64,000 nucleotides of DNA. Source: an uncultured Candidatus Saccharibacteria bacterium. Lineage in GTDB: Bacteria > Patescibacteriota > Saccharimonadia > Saccharimonadales > UBA10212. The notes below the pieces were generated by a model. The model did not search any database and was not told the DNA's origin. It saw nothing but the letters and a program-made list of their open reading frames with translations. Below, one piece after another: positions 24,489 through 31,661 of the stretch. The number at the start of each line of letters is the position of its first letter. Positions within the stretch are counted from its first letter, which is position 1. The position numbers and the translations under genes were made by a program. Location of the stretch: NCBI GenBank assembly GCA_964483315.1, contig CAZAAL010000001.1, positions 122,850 to 186,849 on the forward strand, written 5' to 3'.

Positions 24489-24760
24489 AGGCTAGCCTCC
24501 GCAATATGAATCAGAGTCCAGGTTAGTCTGGCCGAATCAAACTCTAACCTAAAATCAGCCGAGCCGTCGGACACATCAAAAATATGAACATTGCGTTGAC
24601 CTTTGGTAGTCGGGTGCCTAAGCCCCAGCTCACCAAAAATATAATCACGATTTTTATAGCGCATTTTTAACGGCAAGCAGTAGCGCGCTTCGGCTCCGTT
24701 GTCTTCAAAAATTGCCAAAACTTTTACACGTTTATTTATTTTTATTGGTTGGTTTTCCAT
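24485..24760 (-). CDS. Small protein translationally coupled to dinB
   Basis: GGAGG RBS before the ATG at 24760; ATGA overlap with dinB; beta-rich with HIFDVSDG...LEFD....W. Confidence 0.7.
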   Translation of the reverse strand: MENQPIKINKRVKVLAIFEDNGAEARYCLPLKMRYKNRDYIFGELGLRHPTTKGQRNVHIFDVSDGSADFRLEFDSARLTWTLIHIAEASL

Positions 24761-25086
24761 ACAATCCTCCAACTAAACAGATTTACTGAATTTGACCAGG
24801 CAGGGATTTATAAGTTGGAGCTAACCGCAACGCCGTTGTTACCGATGCCTATAAACGTTGGCTTTTTAAGCGGGGAGCTATGTGATTGTATGGATGCATG
24901 CTTTTTATGGCAAGCAAAATTTATTAAAGCAACCCAACCAATTTATGAGTAGCTAATAAAAGTATAACCTAAATAATATCTAACTACATAATTGGTACAT
25001 ATGTTAAAAAAATGTAGATGGTTTTAGATATAAAAATAACGCCTATGGGGCGCTTTTTCGAATAATTTAAATTAAAAGTTTGTCTC

Positions 25087-25120
25087 GGGAGGGGTGGTCT
25101 CTTTCGAGACCACCCCTCCC
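25087..25120 (-). terminator. GC-rich hairpin at the 3' end of the high-GC gene
   Basis: Perfect 15-bp stem GGGAGGGGTGGTCTC/GAGACCACCCCTCCC with a GAAA loop on the minus strand. Confidence 0.65.
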
Positions 25121-25130
25121 TCGCACCGAA

Positions 25131-25844
25131 CTACTCCACCTCGAGGGTGTAGTCGAGCGGGTTCGACCGGACCAGGCCGGCACCGACCGAATCGACGCTC
25201 ACCACCTCTCCACCGTTGCCGGTGGAGACGAACCTACCGGTGGGCTTGCCACCGGCACAGGTCAGGAAATGATTCCCGACCTTGAAGTCCGTCTTCTGGC
25301 TCTTGCTGGCCACTGGCACGCGTGCGCCGGCGTCGAGCTTCTTCTGGGCGACTGCGCGAGAGACGATCTCGATCGAGTTCGGACCCGCGCCGTAGCACAG
25401 GAAGAAGCTTCGATCGCTCATCTGCACGCACTGCCCGCGGGCGACCAGGTAGATCCAGTAGCCTGGATCGAACAGCCCTTCCGGGCTGTCGTATCCCGGC
25501 TCCGGGATGAAGTACAGCACCTTGTCCAGGGGCTGGTAGTAGCCCAGGTAGAGGGTGCTCCTGCTGCCGGGCAGCTGGATCGCGAGCTCGGCGATTCCCT
25601 GCGTCAGGGTCTTCGACCCGTCCTCGTAGTAGATGGTGGTCGGGAGGACTCCTTCCTGCTGGTCGAGGAGCTGGCCGAGCCCGGTGGTTGCCTGGTCGGG
25701 CGTTCCGCCCTTCAGGCAGTACACCGTGTCGGCCGGAGGCATCACGATGTCGTCGCCGCCGTTCGCCAGCGCGGTGCTGGTGAGGACGCTTGCCGTCAGG
25801 ACGAGCCCGACGACGAGTGCGATGAGTCTCTTCAAGAGACTCAC
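25131..25844 (-). CDS. High-GC secreted hypothetical protein
   Basis: Signal peptide ending ALA, strong AAAGGAGGTGA RBS, Cys residues, GC-rich third codon positions. Confidence 0.75.
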   Translation of the reverse strand: MSLLKRLIALVVGLVLTASVLTSTALANGGDDIVMPPADTVYCLKGGTPDQATTGLGQLLDQQEGVLPTTIYYEDGSKTLTQGIAELAIQLPGSRSTLYLGYYQPLDKVLYFIPEPGYDSPEGLFDPGYWIYLVARGQCVQMSDRSFFLCYGAGPNSIEIVSRAVAQKKLDAGARVPVASKSQKTDFKVGNHFLTCAGGKPTGRFVSTGNGGEVVSVDSVGAGLVRSNPLDYTLEVE

Positions 25845-25927
25845 CTCCTTTCGGTTGTTGAGTTGTATTCGGTGCGCGAGTACATCAAAAAAGCTGTAAA
25901 AGCCCTTTTTGATGTCTCAGAACCAAT

Positions 25928-25956
25928 ACTTTACTAGAAAATTAATAAAATGTCAA
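25928..25956 (-). promoter_or_regulatory. Sigma70-type promoter of the first high-GC gene
   Basis: TTGACA-17 bp-TAAAGT. Confidence 0.6.
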
Positions 25957-25976
25957 TATATAAACTAATGTTATTA

Positions 25977-26252
25977 TTAAACAACTACGCCGTAAAATCC
26001 TTCAAGCAATTTATAAACTACATAGGCTGGCCACACCAAAGCTTTTAAAAAGCCTGTAACAACGGCGCCAAAACCAACAGCGGCTTGCATCCAATAAACT
26101 AATGCCCCAACAAAGCCAACAAAATAAAGTGCTCCGCTTGTACCATGGTTAGATTTGTTCCCAGGTTTTTTGCTCCACTCTTTCCACTCTTTTGCGCCTT
26201 TTACTCTGGCCTTTATTTCGATTTGTGGGTCTTCTGATTTTTGCTTTGCCAT
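25977..26252 (-). CDS. Small membrane protein
   Basis: GALYFVGFVGALVYW...KALVWPAY; AAGGAG RBS. Confidence 0.7.
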   Translation of the reverse strand: MAKQKSEDPQIEIKARVKGAKEWKEWSKKPGNKSNHGTSGALYFVGFVGALVYWMQAAVGFGAVVTGFLKALVWPAYVVYKLLEGFYGVVV

Positions 26253-26303
26253 GATCGCTCCTTTTCGGTTATATTTTTTATTATAGACGAGTATAATTAA
26301 AAT

Positions 26304-26561
26304 ATGAGCGCTAAAAATTTAGAAGGAAAATGTGACAGCTGTTTAATGCCATTTAAAAAAGACCCAAAAGGTGCAGACCGCGAGCATGAAAATTATTGTA
26401 GCTACTGCTACTATGATGGCAAATTGGCTTATGAGGGCGATGATGTAAACGAGTTCAAAAAAGCGATGGTTGATGCCATTACAGCCAGGGGAGAAAGCAA
26501 AACTAAAGCCAAACTATATGCCTGGATGGCTGGTTTTGCCCCACGCTGGAAAAATAAATAA
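26304..26561 (+). CDS. Putative zinc-ribbon protein
   Basis: CDSCLMP...YCSYCY..G...PRW. Confidence 0.75.
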   Translation: MSAKNLEGKCDSCLMPFKKDPKGADREHENYCSYCYYDGKLAYEGDDVNEFKKAMVDAITARGESKTKAKLYAWMAGFAPRWKNK

Positions 26562-26574
26562 ATTCTAAAAAGAA

Positions 26575-26805
26575 TTATTCGCCGAGCTCTTGCTCTTTGA
26601 TTTTTTCGACTGCTTTATCGGCTTCGCGATCTTCAGCTGTAACGTTTTTATCTTTTAAGAACAGTACGACTATTAAAGCCAGTAGCCATGATATAACCCA
26701 TGACAACAGTAAAAACAAGATAAAACTGTAGCCTTTTCGTCTTGCAAGCATCGCTGGCCAAAACGCTAACACCACCCAAATAAATATTCCTAAAACCCAA
26801 AGCAT
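26575..26805 (-). CDS. Small membrane protein
   Basis: Two TMs around ARRKGYSF; AGGAG RBS. Confidence 0.7.
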   Translation of the reverse strand: MLWVLGIFIWVVLAFWPAMLARRKGYSFILFLLLSWVISWLLALIVVLFLKDKNVTAEDREADKAVEKIKEQELGE

Positions 26806-26894
26806 AAAAACTCCTAATTTAATTTGTATATGTATCTAAGTTAACACAAACTTCAATTAGGCAATAATCACGATCAAACATTTATAATAGTTTT

Positions 26895-27206
26895 ATGAGC
26901 AATAGCAAAGTTACAGGCGGAGTAGTCCATGAAGTTCCGGATGATCTAAAAAAAGCCTTAAAGGCAGATAATTCTGCGCTAGAGCGGTGGGAGGATTTAA
27001 CCCCGCTTGCACGCAATGAATGGATTTGCTGGACTATAACCGTAAAGCAACAAAAAACTCGGGATGAGCACGTTAAACGAGCAGTCAAGGAGCTTAAAGA
27101 AGGTAAACGCCGACCTTGTTGCTGGATTGGTTGTATCCACCGAAAAGACAAGAAGATTAGCCCATCAGTACAATGGGCGCTCGACAAGCAATCAAAATCC
27201 AAATAA
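26895..27206 (+). CDS. YdeI/OmpD-associated family protein
   Basis: VPDDLKKAL...WEDLTPLARNEWICW...TR...RRPCCW.GC.HR. Confidence 0.8.
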   Translation: MSNSKVTGGVVHEVPDDLKKALKADNSALERWEDLTPLARNEWICWTITVKQQKTRDEHVKRAVKELKEGKRRPCCWIGCIHRKDKKISPSVQWALDKQSKSK

Positions 27207-27240
27207 TTATAAATAGCAGACCGCTGATATACTAATCAGC

Positions 27241-27633
27241 ATGAATGAAGACTTAAAAAACTATCACGATAATTTAGTTGATGGCCGGCGAAAAATTTGC
27301 GACCAACTGTTTGAAATCATTAACAAAAATTTATCGTATACCGAAAGCAAAATCTGGCATGGTCATCCTGTATGGTTCATAGCTGGCAACCCGATTGTTG
27401 GCTATAGTTCACTAAAAGCAGGTATTAAATTAATGTTTTGGAGCGGAGCTTCTTTTGAGCAAAGTAATCTGGAACCAGGGACGGGTAAATTTAAAGACGC
27501 CAGCATAACTTACACTGACTTAAAAGATATCAATTCTGTGGATTTAAAGAGGTGGCTACATTTATCAGAGCAGATTCAGTGGGACTATAAGAACATTGTC
27601 AAAAGAAAAGGTAAACTCAAAAGGCTAAAATAA
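27241..27633 (+). CDS. DUF1801 family protein
   Basis: ESKIWHGHPVWF..GNPIVGY...LMFWSG...QWDYKNIVKRKG. Confidence 0.8.
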   Translation: MNEDLKNYHDNLVDGRRKICDQLFEIINKNLSYTESKIWHGHPVWFIAGNPIVGYSSLKAGIKLMFWSGASFEQSNLEPGTGKFKDASITYTDLKDINSVDLKRWLHLSEQIQWDYKNIVKRKGKLKRLK

Positions 27634-27687
27634 AATTCGAGCATCCTATCTATTTTAGGGGACCATAAAAGAGGCCAAGCTAATTAA

Positions 27688-28416
27688 CTAGCGGTCTTCT
27701 TCTTCGTGGTCTTCGCTGTCTTGTGAGTCGTCACTATCTTCGTTTTCGTGGTCTTCATCTTCGTCTTCATCCTCATTTTCGCTTGAATCTTCAGCTTCAT
27801 CGTCTGAGCTGTCATCCGAATCTTGTTTTGGCTGACCCTTTATCTCGGATTTTAGTATTGATCCGCCTGTCGCGTTAATCTCAATTTTTGATCCGTCTTG
27901 GTATTCGACTTTATAAACGACTTTTTTGTCCTCGACTTCCATTTCGATAGTTTTAATTGGGCTTGAGGATTTTGATGACGCAAGATTATAGGCATCTGCG
28001 AGTGATAGGGTAATTGCAACTCCTGAAGGGATTTTATCGTCATCGCTAATATCAGTAGTTTCGCTAGATATAATACTGCCGTTGTTAGCATCTATGACCA
28101 TTTTTTTGCCGTTACTCAGAACAAGTATGTAAACGTATTTGCCGTCTTTGCTTTCAAGAACAAACTTTACAATTGAAGTGTTAGTGTTTACACCTGCTAT
28201 TTGACCGACCTCATCAATAGTTTTTAGGCTGTTAAGATTTTCTGGCAGTGGTTTGACTTGGTTAGATTGAGAATTATTATCTATATGATTTTGGGTTTTA
28301 TTTGATGATGTTACGCGCCAAGCACTAAATCCTATAACTGATAAGACTGCTACCGCCATAACGATTAAACCCAAGTGCGCCAATCCAGCTTGGTTTTTGT
28401 TGTTTATTTTTTTCAT
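27688..28416 (-). CDS. PepSY-domain exported protein with an acidic tail
   Basis: Two PepSY-like units (VIDANNGSII; YKVE...INATGGSIL), D/E-rich C-terminus. Confidence 0.75.
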   Translation of the reverse strand: MKKINNKNQAGLAHLGLIVMAVAVLSVIGFSAWRVTSSNKTQNHIDNNSQSNQVKPLPENLNSLKTIDEVGQIAGVNTNTSIVKFVLESKDGKYVYILVLSNGKKMVIDANNGSIISSETTDISDDDKIPSGVAITLSLADAYNLASSKSSSPIKTIEMEVEDKKVVYKVEYQDGSKIEINATGGSILKSEIKGQPKQDSDDSSDDEAEDSSENEDEDEDEDHENEDSDDSQDSEDHEEEDR

Positions 28417-28619
28417 GACATTTTTGCCTTTGTTTTGTTAATAGATAATTAATTATGATTATGTTTATAAAAATTGTCAAGTTGCAACAGATTGGCTTGG
28501 CATCGGGGACTAAAGGTTTTTGGCGTAACATTTAATATCCGTGTTAGTTGTAAAACCTTTGAAAAAAGTCTATTGCGACAATCGGAATTTTTAAAACATC
28601 TTCATGGTATAGCTTAGTT

Positions 28620-28934
28620 ATGTATACCACAAAAAAAGACAAGCGAACTTATGCCGATAGAAGAGATTATCTAATTAAAGCCGTTAGTAATCGACGCAGG
28701 ATACTTAAGCAAAGATCTATTGAATATAAAGGTGGTAAATGCCAGATTTGTGGCTATAAAAGATTCCAAGGTGCTCTTGATTTACACCATATTGATCCAA
28801 AAACAAAAGAATTTGGCATAAGCTATAAAGGTTATTCAAGATCGTGGGTAAAAATTCAAACTGAACTAGATAAATGTATTCTAGTTTGTGCGAATTGTCA
28901 TAGAGAGATTGAGGGCGGTTTTATCACCATTTGA
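28620..28934 (+). CDS. Small HNH endonuclease
   Basis: KGGKCQICGY...LDLHHIDP...ELDKCILVCANCHRE. Confidence 0.85.
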   Translation: MYTTKKDKRTYADRRDYLIKAVSNRRRILKQRSIEYKGGKCQICGYKRFQGALDLHHIDPKTKEFGISYKGYSRSWVKIQTELDKCILVCANCHREIEGGFITI

Positions 28935-28946
28935 TTTACATTTCTC

Positions 28947-29245
28947 TGGCTCCGGGGACTGGATTCGAACCAGCGACCTAGTGGTTACACCTTAATCACT
29001 ACTTTCATAATGTGTGGACTATCTTATCATCCGATTACTCGGAGCAGGGCGCTAATGAGAGTTTATTGTTAGGCTCACTCTCTAGTCTCTGAACCTTCCA
29101 AGATCCTTTATCCTAATTTTGGCTTGGCTGCAGATTAGCATATCTTGCGACTTAGCTTTCCCGCAATTCACCCTATTTTCGAGTTTGGTTACCCAAACAA
29201 GCTGCAATTTTACAGCCACCCGCTCTACCGCTGAGCTACCCCGGA
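28947..29245 (-). tRNA. tRNA-Asn(GTT) interrupted by a group I intron; exons 29212-29245 and 28947-28987
   Basis: Spliced sequence TCCGGGGTAGCTCAGCGGTAGAGCGGGTGGCTGT|TAACCACTAGGTCGCTGGTTCGAATCCAGTCCCCGGAGCCA: 7-bp acceptor stem, D-arm, GGTGG/CCACT anticodon stem with CTGTTAA loop, TTCGAAT T-loop, encoded CCA. Confidence 0.93.
28988..29211 (-). ncRNA. Group I self-splicing intron (224 nt, no ORF) within the tRNA anticodon
   Basis: Exon ends in U and intron ends in G. P1 GCTGT/GCAGC carries the U-G pair. Core elements in order: AATTGCGGGAA (P), AATCTGCAGC (Q), TTCAGAGACTA (R), AAGATAGTCC (S). Confidence 0.9.
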
Positions 29246-29341
29246 ATAAGCCAGAGAAATATAAACCATATTTTTAATGAACAGTTGATTAACAGATGAG
29301 ATTATACGTACGTTATGGTTTAAAATCAACTACGAAAGCAA

Positions 29342-29369
29342 ATCGAGCCTGCTCGCGAACAGGCTCGAT
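29342..29369 (-). terminator. Intrinsic terminator after the fasciclin gene
   Basis: 10-bp stem ATCGAGCCTG/CAGGCTCGAT followed by Ts on the minus strand. Confidence 0.6.
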
Positions 29370-29390
29370 AATGGCTGTGTTTAATTTTAA

Positions 29391-29975
29391 TTAACTAGGT
29401 AACAATACGCCGTTTATGATATGAACTACACCGTTTGATGCATCAACATCGGCTTTTTCAACAGTAACTTTATTACCTTTTGCATCTATCAAGTAGACTT
29501 TTCCGTCGGCTATGTCGACAGTTAATTTACCGCCCTGTACAGTCGTAATCTCTTGCCCGTCTTTAAGATCTTGTGCAAGAACTTGACCTGATACAACATG
29601 GTAAGTCAGGATGGCCTTTAACTGGTCGATGTTCTCAGGCTTTAGTAGTGTATCTAGCGTACCTGCTGGCAACGCTTTAAAGGCATCATCAGTTGGCGCA
29701 AAGACGGTGTATGGTCCCTCGCCTTGCAATGTTTCGACAAGTTGAGCTGCCTTAACTGCGACAACTAAAGTTGAAAGATTGCTAGTTTCGGTTGCAAGAA
29801 CAACAATATTTTTACTTTCTTCTTGCTGATTGGCTGATTCGTTTTGTGATGAATTGGATTCGTTGTTATTTGAATCGTCGCTATCTTTATTTACAAACCA
29901 GAATATTCCGCCGGCTACTAAGATTAGTGCTACAACTACCCCAATTATTTTTCCAGTATTTGATTCGTTTGGCAT
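29391..29975 (-). CDS. Fasciclin (FAS1) domain protein
   Basis: TVFAPTDDAF, ILTYHVV, NGVVHIINGVL. Confidence 0.92.
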   Translation of the reverse strand: MPNESNTGKIIGVVVALILVAGGIFWFVNKDSDDSNNNESNSSQNESANQQEESKNIVVLATETSNLSTLVVAVKAAQLVETLQGEGPYTVFAPTDDAFKALPAGTLDTLLKPENIDQLKAILTYHVVSGQVLAQDLKDGQEITTVQGGKLTVDIADGKVYLIDAKGNKVTVEKADVDASNGVVHIINGVLLPS

Positions 29976-30025
29976 TTATTTAACTCCTTGATTTAGTGTT
30001 AATCGATCTAGTTACCCTCATTAAT

Positions 30026-30658
30026 TCATAGGTTACCTCCTGTTGAACTTAGGCTTCTATAAATAAATCGATGGATATAATTAACAATTTTTTTGCGTTC
30101 ATTGCCCGAAGGTGGGTCAGGGTAGTATTCAAGCAAAAACCCGTTTATAGCATGCGTGACCACCTTAGCCTCTGCAACTAAGTTTGAGTTTTTAATTTTG
30201 AATTCACCAGTTTTATTGCCTAGCTCTAAAACCTCAAGAATATGCAGGTAGGCGGTGGCTGGGACATAGCCATCTTTATTGCGAATAAACTCAGGCCTAA
30301 AATGAAGATAAAATTTAAGAATAAAAATTACGTCTTCAATATTTTCGAACTGAAAGTTAATTCTATCTTTAAGCGACTGATTAGCGGTTTTTTGGATGGG
30401 CAATACAGCACGCTTAATGCCCAAATCTTTACTAAGTCTATTAAACAAGTACTCTAACAGCTCATCTTTATCATTGAAGTAGTAATAAATATTGGACAAA
30501 TTGACTCCGCAATCTTTGGCCAGATTACGCATCGATAGACCCTCATAGCCTGAAGTAGCAAAAATTGATTTTGCCGAATCTAAAATTTTTTGTTTTGGAG
30601 ATACTACTAATTTCTGGGGAAGAGCAGATTTTGGTTTGGCCAATTGTTTTTTTGCCAT
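30026..30658 (-). CDS. TetR/AcrR family regulator
   Basis: ILDSA...F...GYEGLSMRNLA..CGV....IYYYF.DKDEL. Confidence 0.9.
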   Translation of the reverse strand: MAKKQLAKPKSALPQKLVVSPKQKILDSAKSIFATSGYEGLSMRNLAKDCGVNLSNIYYYFNDKDELLEYLFNRLSKDLGIKRAVLPIQKTANQSLKDRINFQFENIEDVIFILKFYLHFRPEFIRNKDGYVPATAYLHILEVLELGNKTGEFKIKNSNLVAEAKVVTHAINGFLLEYYPDPPSGNERKKIVNYIHRFIYRSLSSTGGNL

Positions 30659-30700
30659 TTTAACTTGTCCTTATTCAGTCATATCATTATTTAATTAATC

Positions 30701-30743
30701 GAACGCTCGTTCTAATATATATTACAAGCAAGTAGGCTGTCAA
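30701..30743 (-). promoter_or_regulatory. tetR promoter with a palindromic operator
   Basis: TTGACA (30743-30738) and TATATT (30719-30714), followed by the dyad GAACG-N2-CGTTC (30701-30712). Confidence 0.55.
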
Positions 30744-30783
30744 CAAGTTTTTTAAATCTAGGTATAAGACTTATACTGTTGTT

Positions 30784-31584
30784 ATGGAAGTATTTCAGGC
30801 AATTTTACTAGGAATAATTGAAGGTTTAACCGAGTTTTTGCCCATTAGCAGTACCGGACATTTGATTGTATCTGCCGAGTACATGAGCTTTAAAGACACT
30901 GCCGAGGTGTTTACCGTGGTGATTCAGTTAGGCGCTATGGCTGCGGTTGTCTGGAACTACCGTGAAGATCTATCCAATAAAACCGTCGGACTATTTAAGG
31001 GGAATGACTCATCAAAAAAATTCTGGCTAAACTTACTGATTGCTACTACCCCTGCGGTAGCTTTAGCATTGGCCTTATCTAGTTATCTTGATGAAATAGC
31101 CACGGCTGGCGTAGTCGCGGTTGCTCTAATTCTTGGCGCATTTGTGCTATGGTGGGCGGATTCTATTAAACCTAAAGCTGGTCAAACACCCACCAGGTCA
31201 ATCGCTAAAATTACTTCGAAACAAGCACTAATAATTGGGATAGCCCAATGTCTATCGTTAATTCCTGGAACTTCGCGCTCAGGATCAACTATTGTTGGTG
31301 GCTTAATTGGCGGTCTCGACCGAGTAACAGCGACTGCCTTTTCGTTTTATTTAGGCGTGCCAGTTTTAGCGCTTGCTGGTGCTTATAAACTGATTTTTCA
31401 AGGAGATGAAATAGCGAATGTTAGCGGTGGCTGGCTTAGTATAATTGTTGGTACAATTGTGGCATTTATTACGGCGTTAATTGCTATAAGGTGGCTGTTA
31501 AAATACGTCTCGACTCATAGTTTTGCAATTTTTGTTTGGTACAGACTAATCCTCGGGATTTTGATAATTATATTGCTTGTGTAA
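30784..31584 (+). CDS. uppP: Undecaprenyl-diphosphate phosphatase
   Basis: EGLTEFLPISSTGHL, PGTSRSG. Confidence 0.96.
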   Translation: MEVFQAILLGIIEGLTEFLPISSTGHLIVSAEYMSFKDTAEVFTVVIQLGAMAAVVWNYREDLSNKTVGLFKGNDSSKKFWLNLLIATTPAVALALALSSYLDEIATAGVVAVALILGAFVLWWADSIKPKAGQTPTRSIAKITSKQALIIGIAQCLSLIPGTSRSGSTIVGGLIGGLDRVTATAFSFYLGVPVLALAGAYKLIFQGDEIANVSGGWLSIIVGTIVAFITALIAIRWLLKYVSTHSFAIFVWYRLILGILIIILLV

Positions 31585-31661
31585 AAACACTTGTCAAACA
31601 GATTAAATTGCTTATACTTAATTATTAGTATCACTGACACACAAATAATTTAACAAAAATT

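Noticed and set aside
25080-25937. 285-aa plus-strand ORF and other overlapping ORFs in the high-GC island
   Set aside because: Antisense shadow of a GC-rich gene; the minus-strand ORF has the SD, signal peptide and promoter
25977-27633. Run of small genes resembling an integron cassette array
   Set aside because: Mixed orientations, individual promoters, no repeated attC and no integrase seen
27690-27830. TCTTCG/TCATC low-complexity run as a repeat array or CRISPR
   Set aside because: It simply encodes the D/E-rich tail of the PepSY protein; no CRISPR repeat-spacer pattern or cas gene was seen anywhere in the window
28620-29400. Prophage or integrative element at tRNA-Asn
   Set aside because: No integrase, no duplicated tRNA 3' end and no phage structural cluster found in the window
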